DNA of 63,973 bases, filler included, from Intoshia linei (lineage: Eukaryota; Animalia; Orthonectida), in NCBI GenBank assembly GCA_001642005.1. It is 6 parts of 6 records of this genome, joined end to end, with 100 filler letters (N's around TTAATTAATTAA, not from the genome) between each part and the next. Parts side by side here need not be neighbours in the genome. Positions count along the whole stretch, not along the records: positions 1 to 17,052 come from LWCA01000816.1; positions 17,153 to 32,107 come from LWCA01000936.1; 4 more parts are not named here. One strand, 5' to 3'. Position 1 is the stretch's first letter. Every line of letters begins with the position of its first letter. Below are positions 13,933-31,110 of the stretch, piece after piece. A program made the position numbers and the translations under genes. The notes below the pieces were generated by a model. That model saw nothing but the letters and a program-made list of their open reading frames with translations. It was not told the DNA's origin and ran no database searches.

Positions 13933-15640
13933 ATGCTGAATAAAATGAATATAAACCATAAAATTTATTTAAAAAAGTAAATTTCAATTTATAAATAATC
14001 AATATTACATAAAGAAATTCTCACACCAAATCGTCCATTGTCAAATTCAACACAAAAAATGTAAATTTATTAAACTCTGAAAAGGTAATTTATCGTCAGC
14101 AAATGTTAAAAAAATGTAGATTGAAATAGCTTATGAAAATAACTATGAACAATGGAAAAAAGAATACGATTTTAGACAATTGGATAAGGAAAAAACTGGT
14201 GCTGGAACAGAATTTAATGCCAATGCTAAAATTTTGTTAAATGCTAAACGAATTATCAATGAAGAGGCATTAAAACCCTATAATAAATCCAATCAACCGC
14301 GATTACTCAACATACAAAATAATGGTATCAAAAAAAGGTTTTACTATTTTTAATCTGCATCTTAAGATGAACATTTAGTTATAAGGGCATTAAAAACAAT
14401 ATAAATTATTCGTATTTTGTTTTTATGTTTGATAAAAAAGGCAATGTTTCCGCTGTACCCATTGATGATTGGTACACATTTGCACCTATAAATAGATACA
14501 AACACTTTACTGAAGAAGAAGCAGAACAACATTATCAAAAGTAATCCAGTTGAGCATTTATATAACAAACATGGATAATATAAATATATAACCGACTTTC
14601 ATTTTTCCGATTAACTAAAGCGATCAAAAGTACGTTGTTTGGCAACAACGAAAACTGTACTAACTAACGTACATGTGCTATTACCAATTTTGTAACTAAC
14701 ATGGAAATACATTTCTATTTTCAATTTAATTAAAATTGGTCAAAAAATGTAATGTTTGTTGTATGAAATAATTCAAAAATGAAACTTAGTGTTTGTTATA
14801 TCAAGGTTCGAACGATATTTATTGTCGTATATTATTGATGGAACATCCCCAAAACTGGAACGAAAATTTAAAGTTCAGTTCAAATAGATTTAATTTATAA
14901 TTACAAAATATAAATAAATAATTTATATTATCGACCAATCATTGTAAAATCCTTTAAAAATTTTAAAACAGTCCAAGATATAAATACTCTAATCAAAATA
15001 CAAATTTAACTAGTGTGTCACAGCATAATAAACCACATATTCATGGAAAGAGATGATATACTCGAGACGATATGCATTTAAATTAAATTTAATACATTTT
15101 TAGATGGATCGAAATAGTTGTATGCAGTGAAAAAATCTTTGTATATTTAATACATTCCTTAGGTGGCGAGAAACTGAAATCGCTGTAAGAACTGTGTGAA
15201 CAGTAATTTTGTAGATAGATAAACAATTGAAATTAAATTAAACTGAATTTTAAACTTTGACTATTCCGCTTTTGGGGTGTTCCATTAATGGCATTTACAT
15301 TTAATTTTTAACTATATTTCAGAAAAAATTCAAATTTAAATAAATTTTCAAATAAAAATGACCAAGAAACTAATATGGCTGTAATTTATTTTTTTAATTT
15401 CATCTAATTGTATTTTTTAGTCTTTAAAATTATCAGATTCTGGTGAAACAATTAATAAAGAATCGGATAATACAGAGGATAAAAATGTAAAGGGAAAAAT
15501 AATCGTTGCTAAAGATGACGAGGCAGCCGATGAATTTGATGAAGGACACGAGTTAGATTACATTTCTACTAGTGACAGGTAACTTTTACTTAGTTACATA
15601 CCCAAGCAGTAAATCAAATTACACACTGTTAATTTATTAG
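13933..15640 (+). CDS. GTF2F1: General transcription factor IIF subunit alpha (RAP74); exons 13933-13976, 14015-14084, 14120-14337, 14379-14540, 15323-15380, 15421-15578, and a tentative last exon 15610-15640
   Basis: TGAGTEFN, YKGIK...SYFVF, AVPIDDWYTFAP...FTEEEAE and DEGHELDYISTSD match the RAP74 N-terminal and central motifs. The 3' end is uncertain. Confidence 0.85.
14832..15289. mobile_element. MITE with long imperfect TIRs in a GTF2F1 intron
   Basis: attgatggaacatccccaaaactggaa...aaagttcagtt at the left is matched in inverse by aactgaattt...ttccgcttttggggtgttccattaat at the right. Confidence 0.6.
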
Positions 15641-15712
15641 GCAGATCTAAAAAATTAAAAAATTTGTTACAATGAGTGGACTAAATTCTTAAATTTTTTT
15701 TGGAGAGTGCAC

Positions 15713-16670
15713 TAGGGTGTCACACCCATCAAAGAATCAAGGGCAATTAGCACTACAAGTGTGTATTTTTAAAATAGAAAAACTGATTCGCAATCAAAAA
15801 CATTTAACGCTATCTATTTGAGTTGAGTTTGTCATTTTAAATATCACTGTACAGTGAGGCCTCTAAATACCGCCAATTGTGGTATTTCAATATTTATGGT
15901 GGTATTGAGAGTATGTCGTTATAGAAACGATTAAACAATAAACATAAATATATACAGTAAAATAACGAAAAAATGAGAATTTAACTAACCAAAACAATAT
16001 AATATAAGGAAATTAATATACTATGAATGATATATAATTATCTTAAGAATACAAACAACTAAGAATTGTAAATAATTTTATTTTTTATTTATTTGTAGAA
16101 ATCGAATTATTTCAAATTTTTCTGTGAAATTAACTATAGATCTATTTTTGTTATCTATTTTCTATAAAAAATTATTATGCTTTAAAAAAGTTAACTATAT
16201 AAAAAATCGTATGTAAACTTTGAATTAGTTGTTCTAAATGAGGATAGAATGAATTATGAAGTAAGTATGAAGTATTAACGATAAAGTAAGATATAGAATT
16301 AACTAAGTTCTGGTAAACCAGTGCTACCATATTTTTATAAAAAATTTAAGTTAAATTTTAACACAATTTGACAAATTTTTTAAATTTATGGCGGTATGGT
16401 GAGTTTGGGGGTATTGAGAATTTTCCTTATAAGTTTGTTATAAAATTGATAAATAGTGGCGATATTGAAAGGCCTCACTGTATAAATATTATGGAGAAAT
16501 TAAAACTACACTTTATTTTAATGGAAATTGGTGTGTGAGCTTTTAAACGTGGTACCGACTTTATAATATTGCTCTCCATGTTTAGTTATACAGTTTATTT
16601 TTTTAAAATTTGATTAACGATTTAATTTTTCGAATTCTGGCTAAATAGCCAATTAAAATTGTTTAATTTT
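15713..16670. mobile_element. Dispersed repeat (copy 1) interrupted by a pogo-type MITE
   Basis: tagggtgtcacacccatcaaagaatcaaggg... is nearly identical to the sequence starting at 46488. Similarity resumes after the insert. Confidence 0.75.
15852..16480. mobile_element. pogo/Tigger-type MITE
   Basis: 24-bp imperfect TIRs starting CAGTGAGGCCT, flanked by TA on both sides. Confidence 0.85.
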
Positions 16671-16685
16671 TATTTAATTGCATAA

Positions 16686-18292
16686 TTATCCCAAAGTGCA
16701 ATTTTTATTAAAATTTTCAATTTGATTTAGTGCGATTGCACTGTATATTATTGACCTGGCCACATTTATTGCTACTTTATGAAGTTTTAACTTGATATTT
16801 TCCTGACTTATGGTACTATCTAAGTTGATTTCCTCTATATTTCGAAATTTCACTTCATTATTATTTAAAGTATAGCGGTTATTTTCCTTTACTAACTTCG
16901 TATAATAAATTTTGAATAACATTCTATAATATTCAAAATATATTTGTAGCCCTTATTAAGCCTCATATTCTACAGGGTGAACCTGAATTAACTGACTTTT
17001 TTAATTTGTTAATAAATTGAAAACTAAGAACGCTATGAAGTTGAAACCTGTTNNNNNNNNNNNNNNNNNNNNNNNNNNNNNNNNNNNNNNNNNNNNTTAA
17101 TTAATTAANNNNNNNNNNNNNNNNNNNNNNNNNNNNNNNNNNNNNNNNNNNNAATTCCGAAGGAATAAATTATATAGATTTTCACCCATATGTCTTTATT
17201 GGAAATATGTAGACGTACAATGCACATTTTTTTAAAATTTTAGTATCAATATTTACATTTTAAATTTTTGATTTAAATCCAAATATTTAAAAATATTGGT
17301 TGAGATATATTAAAAATTATTTTTCACCAGGAATGCGTAGATTTCTGGGGTTGAAATGTTGTATTTATATCAACTGAAATAAGCTCTATTAGAATAATCT
17401 TTTTTTTAATTTTCGGACCGTTAATTATTTCAAATTTTATTTTTAATAAAATATTTCGAAAAAAAAATATATGAATACTAAAATGTTTTTTTGACTGTGA
17501 AGTCGTCACTTATTCGTATTGAAATTTTCTGTGTGTTAACAGGATACAACTGTACAACCTGTAAATTTTTTGAAATTCTAGGGAACAAAAAGAAACGAAT
17601 TTGGGGTTTTGGCCATGCAAGTATAATTTTTTTAAATTTAAATTTATAATAATGTTTATGATTTTAAAATCCGCATCAGCGTATATATTTTTTTAAATTC
17701 TCCAATCGTTTAATTTTCAAAAAAGGGACAATCAAGGTTTTTGACCCTTAAGATGTGTAATTGGGAGGTTGAAATTTATCTTATTATACGCCCGGAAAAA
17801 ACTGTAATTGAAATGTGGTTTTTAAAAAGTTCTAAGAGTGCTAGTTAATTCAAAAAAGTAAAACAGACAGACAAACAAAAATCGCGTTGCATTTTATATA
17901 AGTTAGGATAACTTACTTAAAAATGCTACTGTTCACTATTACCAAATGTGCGAAGATGAATTTTTTATTTTTTAATTTTACGGACGGTTATAATTAAATA
18001 TTACAAAATTTATGTCCATAAAAATCCTCATTTAAATTTTAATACAAACATATTTCCATAAACCCTCCTTAAAATATAATACAAAAAAATAGGAAATTGA
18101 AAATTAATAGCAATCGAATGTATGCTGTAATTATTTAAAAAAATATGTCATATAATTTATTATACAGCTTTTCCAGAGTGATGCAATATCGTCAATTTCA
18201 TTCTTAGAAATTAAAACCTGCAGGTTCAAATCCCCAATTTTGAAAAGTTAAGTACGAGAATTTAAAATCATAACTTTTGATACAACTTCCAT
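16686..18292 (-). CDS. Hypothetical ~108-aa protein, 4 exons (18292-18275, 18217-18166, 17935-17917, 16923-16686), spanning an assembly gap
   Basis: Splice phases 0, 1 and 2 all fit GT-AG sites and give MEVVSKVLISKNEIDDIASLWKSLNSSIFKMLFKIYY...CTLG*. The last exon is the 78-aa ORF in the track. Confidence 0.45.
17053..17152. other. Artificial scaffold spacer (also at 32108-32207, 52027-52126, 60645-60744, 62815-62914)
   Basis: Identical 100-nt N44-TTAATTAATTAA-N44 blocks. The core gives stop codons in all six frames. Confidence 0.97.
17153..17908 (-). mobile_element. Non-autonomous Helitron copy (5' part; 3' part lost in the gap)
   Basis: Reverse complement of the 54757-55380 body, with 5' A|TCCTAACTTATATA at 17908. 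Confidence 0.8.
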
Positions 18293-18379
18293 AACAATTA
18301 CAACATATCACTTTTAGTTTATTTGTAATAAATACAGCCAAATTCATTTTCAATTTTGTTTAATTTTATTATCGTCCAA

Positions 18380-21300
18380 ATGAATAATACATATCCACTT
18401 GTGGTAAATTTAAGAATCAGACCTAAAACCCCCAAAGAAAAAGAAAAATATCAAAACGTAATTAAATTTATAATGTAAAAGTTAAATAAATGTTCTAGCC
18501 AATATTAACATTATTAAATTCAAATAATATTATTTTAAATGCTCCTCAATCCTCCAACACCTACAAATCTCAAAGAAACACAAAATATTCTCATAAATTT
18601 TCATTTGACAATATATTCGACCAACATTGTGGCCAACATGAAATATTTAATAAATTCATGGTTGATAAAATCGAATTAGCCATGAAGGGTCGAAATGTTT
18701 TGGTGTTTGCTTATGGAGTAACAAATTCTGGAAAAACGTATACAATCCAAGGTATGAGTATACAATTTTTTCACCTAAAACAAATGCAGGTCCTCCATCT
18801 GATCCTGGTTTAATACCTAAAGCGATAAATTTAATTTTCGATAAAATTAATTTAATCAAATCTGACACCGAAGGAAATTCAAACCTATTAAAACCAGTTA
18901 GAGCTAGCGCAATTTATGAACAATCAACAGAAGAATACTTTAACGATTTACAATTTAAAAAATGTCTATTGAATGATTTTAACGTTTTTTAAAATTTTTT
19001 TAATTCTAGTGTAAATTTAGAAAATGTGTAAAAGTTCAATCAAACAATTAGAATTGGCTTTCCATAATTTAAAAGTTTCTATTGAATCGAGAGGTTTTAA
19101 TCTCAAAAATTTAAAATTTAATTTCTCATGATAGATAGTATTCAACTTGGTGAAAGTGAAAAAAGGGAAAACAGTGTGTTTGGTATTTGGATTACAATGG
19201 CAGAGATTTATAATGAACAAGTTTACGATTTGTTTTGCCTGCCTAGCGCGGACGGTAAAATTAAAAGGCAAGTACTTAATATCAAGGAAGATAATACTGG
19301 AAAAACTTATATAAAAGGTACAATATAGTGTTTCTATTACCATTCGTTTGATTTATGTTAATTTAGATTTAAATTTTATTAACATTCAAAATTCAATGGA
19401 AGCTGTTAAATTGTTTAATCTGGGCAAGAGTAGATTGAAATTTGCTACTACAAAATTAAACAAAAATTCTAGCAGGAGGTTTTTAATTTTATTTGGTCTT
19501 TCTGAAATCAAATAACTTTTTAAGTCTCGTGATGAAAGCCCAAAAATCTTATGAATTAATTGATTTTTCAAAAATTTACTTGATAAAATTATGGCAGTCA
19601 CTAATGTAAATAAATTATATCTTTTAGTCATTGTATGTTTCGCATTGTCATTGTTCAATTTGATGCTAATGACAACACCCCGATTGGAATGAATTCGTAA
19701 GTTTTTATACATTTGTCTTTTTTATTATTCATGAGGTTATATTTTTATATCTAGAATCGTTTTTTGTGATTTGGCTGGATCTGAAAGAATTAACAAGTCA
19801 GAAACAACAAATTTAAGGGAACTGGGAAATATCAATACATCTTTGTTAACGTTGCAAAGGTGTATTTCGACGTTAAGATCTAATCAAATTAAAAAGTAAC
19901 ATTTTGATTTGGATTTTAATTAATAAAATATATTTGCATTAATTTAATTAATATATAGTCAAAACATGATTGTTCCTTTTCGAGAAAGCAAGTTGACGCG
20001 AATTTTTCAAAATTATTTTCAGGAAGGAGGATCGGTTAATATACTCGTCCATATTAGCCAAAATGATTGCATTTTTGATGATACATTACATTGTTTAAAA
20101 TATGCTGCAGTTGCTCAAGAAGTTTTTTATTTTTTTTAAAAAATTAATCAAAAATAGGTTTATATACAATCATTTCATACTAATGGAAAATCTGAAAACA
20201 AATCGGGTAATAATAAAAAAATACAGACTACTCAAAAATTAAATTACTGAGATTAATAAATTCTCTACGTGTAGCGCAGTGATTATATTTTAGAATCTAT
20301 GTAAAATTTAATTTTTCAATTGAGTTGAATCTTGTATATTAATACCTAATGGTCATAGAAAATATCATACTATTGAAAAACTTGATTTTTTAGGGTTGAC
20401 TGTATTTAGTATATTTATTCTATTAATTTTGTTTAGATCAATCAGAGTCTAATACCAGTAAAAATGTAATTTTGTTCTTTTTCTAGTGAATATAGTTTTA
20501 TCATTCAGGAATTAATTTCAATGATTCATAATCTTCGAAAAGATTTGTATTTTACCATTCAGGAAAAGGATGATTTGGAGTTTGAATTAAAATTTGAAAA
20601 TTATCAAAAATGGAATATTATACTCAAAGATCAATATGAACAACAAAAGTATTTTTTAGTTTATAAAATTAGGGAACTCAATTTTCTAAATAAAAAGTTA
20701 CACCAGTGCTTCTCATGAGGGTGAATGATAAAATTGTAACATATTTTATTCATTTTAGTCAAATATGTGAAAAAACCAAAATTTTATCAATTCTTAAGGA
20801 AAAAATCGGAAAATTAATTTATTTTGAACTTGTTTTTGTATTTAGCTGTTGCCAAATTGTCCGATGTCTGGTTCAAACTTGCTAGTTTTCAAAATCAAAC
20901 TCTCTTCTAGGTGTAGGTCTGTGATATTAGTTCGCTGGGAACATTTTATTTGGTCAATTAAAATTTTCACTTTTTTGTAAAATTTTTCTGAGAGGCTGAG
21001 ATGCCCACCCCTGCTTTAATTCCTACACAATTATGTCATAATAATTGTTTTATTGGGTGTAAATGCTCAAAAAAGTTTGAGAAGCACTGGTTACACTGAC
21101 AATTTTTGAAAATTGTGTACCCACTGTCATCTTTTTTCTATACCGAAAGAAAAATATACTTGTATTATCATCAGGAATCCCGATGCATGAATTTATTAAA
21201 GCCTTGAATACCTATTTTTCATGTTTCTAGAGTATAATTAATATCGTATCTGTTTTTAACAATATTTTTAATTTCAATTTTATTTTTTAATTTCAGAACT

Positions 21301-23114
21301 TTTCATGAAACTCAGCAAGCTATATTAGAAAGTGAATTTGAAGAGAGATTGGAACTTTTAAAATCTATCAATAACCCTTCAAATGACAATGTTAAAAGTG
21401 CATTGGAAAATAAATTATTAGTATAACTTTATCTTAATATTTTCTTTTTGTACATAATATTTTGGTAATTAGAACTATCAATATAAACTGGAAGATAAGG
21501 ACACTGAAATCTATAAATTAAAAAAGAAGATTGAAGAGATACAAGCCGATGTAAATTTATTAACTTTTATTTATCCTTGTTACCAAATATTATTTAGGAT
21601 GTTTTAAAACAAGAGATCAGTTTTGATACTCGATTATATCAGGAAGTTTCATTAATTTGTAAAGAAGTTGAAAGTACAGGTTTACTTAAATTATCGTGAA
21701 ATATTATTTTAATGTTTAGAAAAAATTAACAAACGTTATGTCTTGGAAAACTTGACCCAATTATCTCAAAAAATTTATAAATTGAATGAAAAAATTTCAA
21801 AATATGACATTTTATATGAAAAATTCAATGATTCAATTTTTAGCATCAGGAAGATTAATCGTCACATTCTATGGGTATTTTATTATTCTAAATAAAATTT
21901 CAACTTTTATTTTATTATATCTTGCTAAAAATTATTAATCTTAAAAATTTAGCTAAATGACTATAAAAACAGAATTGAAAAAGACTTGAAACTGGCTGTA
22001 AATGATGTTGTTTAATTTCAGATTTTTTATTGAATTTTTTAGTCCTATAATGCTAATAATTTCAAAAAACATCTTTCAAAAATGTCTAATATTTCAATGT
22101 CTGTAGATAATGTGAGTAGTGTGTTTGAAGATTCGGTAAATTTACTACAATTTATTTTATAACTAGCTGACTGTTATGTACTTTGTATAAAAAAGCTAGT
22201 TCTGTCGATGGGCGGGCTTTTTTAATTTTAGCAAAAATTAAATTTAATCTAAAATTTTAAAAATCTCAGTATTACTAAACAGGTAACGTTCACATTTACC
22301 AACTTTTCAACTATTAGGTTTTCAAATTTATTTCTGTAAATTTATTTGTCTGTTAATAATTATGTTAATTGTAAATTATGATAATATTAATTAAGAAGGT
22401 TTTAAAACATTGTTATATATACGTGACATGTGTGTGTGTGTGTTTATTTAATTATCGTTTACATGTTAATTACTTTATATTATATATATTAGTTCACCGA
22501 TACGTTATCTACAGTGCGAAGATCAAAAAGAATTGTTCAGAATAAAAAGGTATTTTTTTTATTATTAAATTAGTTAATTCTTTTTTAGTTTACTTCTGAA
22601 AGTGGAACTAGTAAGTTTTAACGATTTTTAGATGTTATGGTTAATGCCGCGTCAAGGTTTACTTAGGTCCAAGAAGTAGAAAAAAACTTTGAATCTACTG
22701 AGAATTACGGAATGTAATATTAAAATAAACAATCGAGATTGTAAAATCTAGAGTGTAGATATTTAATCTAAAAGACTACACTTAATATTTTAATATGCAA
22801 CATTAAAAAAAGAGTCCTCTAAAAAGTGATTATCTCATGGTCTGTCCTCAAGAATAGTTTTGGTGTATGTTTTATATTTGGGTAAAAAACGAGAAACAAG
22901 ATAAAGATTTATCATATCGTCTCATTACTGTTGGAGATTATAAATTAATTTTGTAGTATCATCTGGACACCAGTCGATGAGAGGCTAAAGTCAAAAGTCT
23001 TGACGCGCAAAAATTAATGAAAAAATTAATTTTATTTTAGTCAAATCACGACTGAGAAGCCGTAGAAAACTCAAACCACTCGTTTCTCAACTATTTGATG
23101 AATCTCCAACTTAA
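18380..23114 (+). CDS. Kinesin-6 family motor (KIF20/MKLP2/Subito-like), many short exons
   Basis: VNLRIRP, P-loop FAYGVTNSGKTYTIQG, long loop-6 insert, EIYNEQVYDL, NKNSSRSH, FCDLAGSER, NINTSLLTL and VPFRESKLT, then coiled-coil exons. TAA at 23112-23114. Confidence 0.92.
20704..21089. mobile_element. hAT MITE in a kinesin intron
   Basis: Perfect TIRs CAGTGCTTCTCA / TGAGAAGCACTG with gttacac duplicated on both flanks. Confidence 0.85.
22163..22480 (-). mobile_element. Degenerate Helitron copy in a kinesin intron
   Basis: a|ctagctgactgttatgtac...ctagttctgtcga is the reverse complement of the family 3' end. Confidence 0.55.
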
Positions 23115-24189
23115 TATTAAATTTCCGAAATTGTTATAAAATGTACAATATTCATTAAAAGCTTTATTGATTAACGAGATTAGTTATTGTACACAAAATG
23201 AATGATGGCTCATCATTTATCGCATGTACTTTAAAATTGTAACTACTTTTAAAACGTTTTGGCAAACTTTTATTATTATGTGAAAGAGTGAATTGATAAA
23301 ATCATGTAAAAATTACAAAGAAAATTGACGTGTTCCTGAAATTAACACAAGAATTACCTAAAAAAAGTTAAAAACATTTTTTATATTTGTAGTACAATTA
23401 TTTTGGATATGAAAACACTTTTAAACATTTAAATATAATAGCAATCTTTAAATAAGGATTTACCCTTTAAATCTCAAAAAAAAGGTCAAGGGTGCTTTGA
23501 AACAAAAAAAATTGATTTAAGATTTAATTTTGAGATAACATTGTAAAAAATTTATTAACGAATGAAAGTGCTTAATGAAAAGAAATTATATAACTTTTTG
23601 TCGAGTTAATTTCATTTTATCTAAGTTTTAATAAATATTCAGCAGAATACATTTGTTTATATTTCATCCTCAATAAAGTACACAATGTTGTACTACAAAT
23701 CATAATGGAGTATTTTTTTTATCTTATATGCATTTGTATAAGACACATCAAAAATCATTTTTCATAATTGAACATTAAAAAAATTCTTAATTATCATAAG
23801 TTATTAATAATGATAATGAAATAACTTATGAATAGGCAATTTTTTAAAAACCTATAAAATAACCTAACGACTGATTTTTAGTAACTTTAAAAATTTTTTT
23901 TGTATACAACTCTAATTTGAATCTTGTTAACTTCAATCGATTAATTTTCGTTTTTTCCAAGTATTTTTTATGTTTTTATTTCGCACCATTTGAAAATTCA
24001 AAATATTTACTGAAAGTTATTTTTTTTAAAAAAAATAACTTTCTATTGTTTACCTTCAAGAAATTCCTTTATATTAAATATTAATTTAAATGAATAAAAT
24101 TAAACTAAGCAAATGGATAATTAATAGAGTATTTATTGTTGTGATAAAAAATTATATATTTTTTGATATTTTTAGGTGTTCATGGTCTC

Positions 24190-24847
24190 TGTTTAGTTAC
24201 CATTTTTTTTAACAGACTAAAACTTCTTTCTACGCTGACGGATGTAGAAGCAGCGTTCCTTAGAGAATGATATAATATTGGGGATTTGTTTGAATCTAAA
24301 TTATTCATAATGGCATATACATGTTTATGTCGTTTTTCGTTAAACGTTTTTTAATATAATCCTTTATGCTGCAAGGGTCCGAATCAAAGGACAAATTACA
24401 TCATACATTGCAGGCCTTTTCTATGCTAAATGACGATTCTTGAGCAATTTCTATTACATCTAACAGAGATAAATATGTACATATTTGAATCAAAGCATTG
24501 TCTAATCCAAGTTGATTGACAGCCGCTTTAGCTTGATTTAATATTAAATCACTAAATAAGGCTTTAATTTTAGGGTTGTTTAGTTTAGAGAGTGGAATAT
24601 CCGCAGATATAAATGCTTCCAAAATTTGGTCAGTAAAATCCTGAGACATTTTTAAAAATTTAGGTAGTGGAGGAGTATTGTTTAGCAATCTGTGTTTCTG
24701 TCAACTTTAATAAAGTGCATTTTTTCATAAGAAATCGGGAAATTGCAATTTATGAAACTAAGTGAATGATCAGTTCACTTGAATTAATTAGGATACATTC
24801 ATTATGTTATTCATTTTGAAATAAGGAGATTTTGTAGTTTTTGGCAT
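24190..24847 (-). mobile_element. Internally deleted hAT transposase relic (CGGBP1-like N-terminal part plus dimerisation motif)
   Basis: LEAFISADIPLSKLNNPKI and TSVSVERSFSLLK, with frameshifts and stops. Confidence 0.75.
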
Positions 24848-25391
24848 GGTAAATGAATGTTACATAATTTCGTGATGATCAAAATTTTTTATGTAAAAGT
24901 GAAACTTTTAGAATACAATATAATAGAAGCGTTTATTTTCAATTTCAAAAAAATGACTTTATTAACTTTATAAAATTTTAATTAGCTAATTAATAAACAT
25001 AATATTGGTATGATCATGCTTAGAATTGCATGCTAATTAACATAAAAAATTAACTTTTACTTGGCTTACTGATGATTCATAACAATGTTTATATTGAATT
25101 TAAAATGCTAAGTCAAAAGATCGACATTTTAGTTTAGTTAATCTCTTTTGTTACAAAATCCAAAAACATGACTAAGTAATTAATTTAAATATTTAACCAA
25201 AATTAAATCAATTAAATTGTTTTATTAAAACCTCAAGAGTCTAGACTCTAAAGAAAATTGTTGAATTTGACAATAACTCAAAAAAATTTAAATTTAAATT
25301 ATTGTAATCACGTTTTCTATGTCTATATATCGCACAATCTAATGACAACACAAAAACATGAGCGATATTTGAGTATAGTCCCACACAGTGT

Positions 25392-28717
<3,326 letters not shown>

Positions 28718-28850
28718 ATTAATCTGTATTAAATTTTAGTTATTTAATGCTACATTTTTTAGTTTGAACTATAACGAATACAACAAAATATGATATTTTT
28801 AATTGTTTAGTGCTTTATGGATAATATACATTATTTGAATGCTTTATTTA

Positions 28851-29800
28851 CATTGGTGCGACGAAATTTTTTTTAATGTTTAATAATTTTGCATAATACA
28901 ATTAAAAATATCCCGCGTAACCCACATTGGCTTTGATCTAATAAATGAAATATCTAAAAAGATTGTTTACAATATTGTTTCAATGATACAGAATAAATAT
29001 GCATATTTCGATAAGTTTAATAAGAGAGGCTTTAAAGTATTGTTCAATATATCCAAATACCCTATGGAATTTAACCTTCCAGATAATATTTTCACTGCGC
29101 TTCCTTTTTCAAAGATATACAGACCTAAATCATTACTGACGTAGTGTAATGTGTATTTTAGCCTATTGCGAACGATTGGAAAGATTCGATTTGTTTTCGC
29201 CAAATTTTTGGGCTTATATGACTCATTTTAATATTAAAAGTACACTCGTCTGAAAATATCACATTTTTCCATAAATTCATGGTTTATCCAATGTGATTAG
29301 TACTGAATTCTAATCTCTTTGAAATATTCAGTGCTGATGTCATGGGTTTTTTGTACCTGAATAACTTTATATTTCATTCTCATGTAGTCTGCTTCTAACA
29401 ATACTTTCACTCCTTCCACGTTCCAATGCATTTCTATCTCAGGTGCACTCATTTAACGGTGCATATGATAACTTCGAATGAAATTTCTGTTATCGCTTGT
29501 GTTGTAAAGTCTGCTGCGACCGGGTGTTGATGTATTTATTTTTTTTATTATTCTTTTTAATTTTTTGTAATACCTTTGAAATAGTGGAATAATGTCTGCC
29601 CACGTCTACCCCAATTTCTCGTATAATTTTCCCCTCTAACCTAAAATATATTAATTGATTTTCTTCAATACTCATGTCCCTTGATGCAGTAAAATCAGAA
29701 GATAGCTATGTTTTAATTAATAATTAAATCTAAATATATACTTTGTTGACATATTTTTGACGTGGTCATTTGATAAAATTTAATTGAACAAATATTGCCT
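28851..29800 (-). mobile_element. Decayed Tc1-like transposon
   Basis: Paired-type HTH (IREIGVDVGRHYSTISKVL), VIFSDE remnant and GRLNSIGYLDILNNTL, with multiple frameshifts. Boundaries approximate. Confidence 0.75.
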
Positions 29801-29831
29801 AGCATATTGTATAAGTAATCCTTACTTTGCA

Positions 29832-30740
29832 CTAGCTTGGCTGTTTTGTATTTCGTACAAAAAGCACCTAGCTCTGCCGATGTCGGACTATTTTAATTTT
29901 ATTAAAAAAATATATTCAATAATACAATCTTACTTAAAAATGCTACTATTTAATATTATTAATTCTTCAGAGGAGTGGTTTCTAAACTTGTTCAACCACG
30001 GCCAGGTCGTTTAAAAAATATTAGTTGATAATATATTAAAAGTTATTTTTTATCGGGAATGCGTATATTTTTAAGATTGTCATTTTGTATTTATATCAAC
30101 TGGAATAAAATGTATCAAAATAATCTTCTATTTTAATTGTAGGACCGTTAATTATTTAAGATTTTAAAAAAATAGTTTCGAAATAAAAAAAAAAGAATAA
30201 TAAAGTACTTTTTTTGACTACGCACACATATTGTATGTATGCGTTAAATGGATATAATAGTAATAATATTATAGTAATTTTGTTTAAATTCGATGACTAT
30301 TTTGATTTTTTAAAAAAAGGTAGTCAGGCTTTTGATCCTAAAAATTAACTTGTTTGTGTTTGCAATTTATGATAATGTTTATAATTTTAAAACATATCCC
30401 TTAATTTATGTTGTATAAAATTATAGGACTTTTTCATTTAAAAAAAAGAAAAGAGGTAATTTGTGGTTTTGAACGTGAAGATAAAGATTTTGAATTTTAA
30501 ATTTATAATAATTTTTAAAATTTTAAAATATTTATCAGATTGTGTATTTGTTATAATTCTAGGACACGTTTGAATTTAAAAAAAAAGATAATTGGGGTTT
30601 TTCACTTTGAAGGACTCAACTTCTGAAAATTAAATTGATCCTATAACATCACCCTCGTAAAAATGTAGAGAAATATGGACTTTTAAAAACTCGACGCCTC
30701 TTATTTTCTTAAATAAAATGGACAAGCAGATAAATAAATC
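29832..30740 (-). mobile_element. Degenerate Helitron copy
   Basis: a|ctagcttggctgttttgtatttcgtacaaaaagcacctagctctgccga is the reverse complement of the family 3' hairpin and CTAG. Body similarity continues to ~30730. Confidence 0.7.
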
Positions 30741-30915
30741 AGCCGACATACATTTTTAACTAAATTACTTTATGTTAGCGTACACTAAAGAGTAACTTTA
30801 CTTAAATATTATCTTTACTGTAAAGCAGTTTAGTTTTACATCATAAAATACAGTGAAACCTGTTTATAAACAAACCCCTCTATAAACAAATTATGATGCT
30901 TTTAAAAATATATTA

Positions 30916-31110
30916 ATCTTAACTTATATAAAAGGCTACGCGATTTTTGTTTGTGTGCCTGTCTGTGTGTGTGATTTTATTGAAATAACTACCACTCTTA
31001 GAATTTTTTAAAGACCACATTTCAATTACAGTTTTTTCCGGGCGTATAATAAAATAAATTTCAACCTCCCAATTTCACATCTTACGGGTCAAAAACCCCT
31101 GTTGTCCCTC
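30916..31110 (+). mobile_element. Helitron 5' fragment
   Basis: atcttaacttatataaaaggctacgcgatttttgtttgtgtg... matches the family 5' end. Confidence 0.7.

Noticed and set aside
17097-17108. Palindromic TTAATTAATTAA recurring five times
   Set aside because: Always centred in identical N runs, so it is an assembly linker rather than biology.
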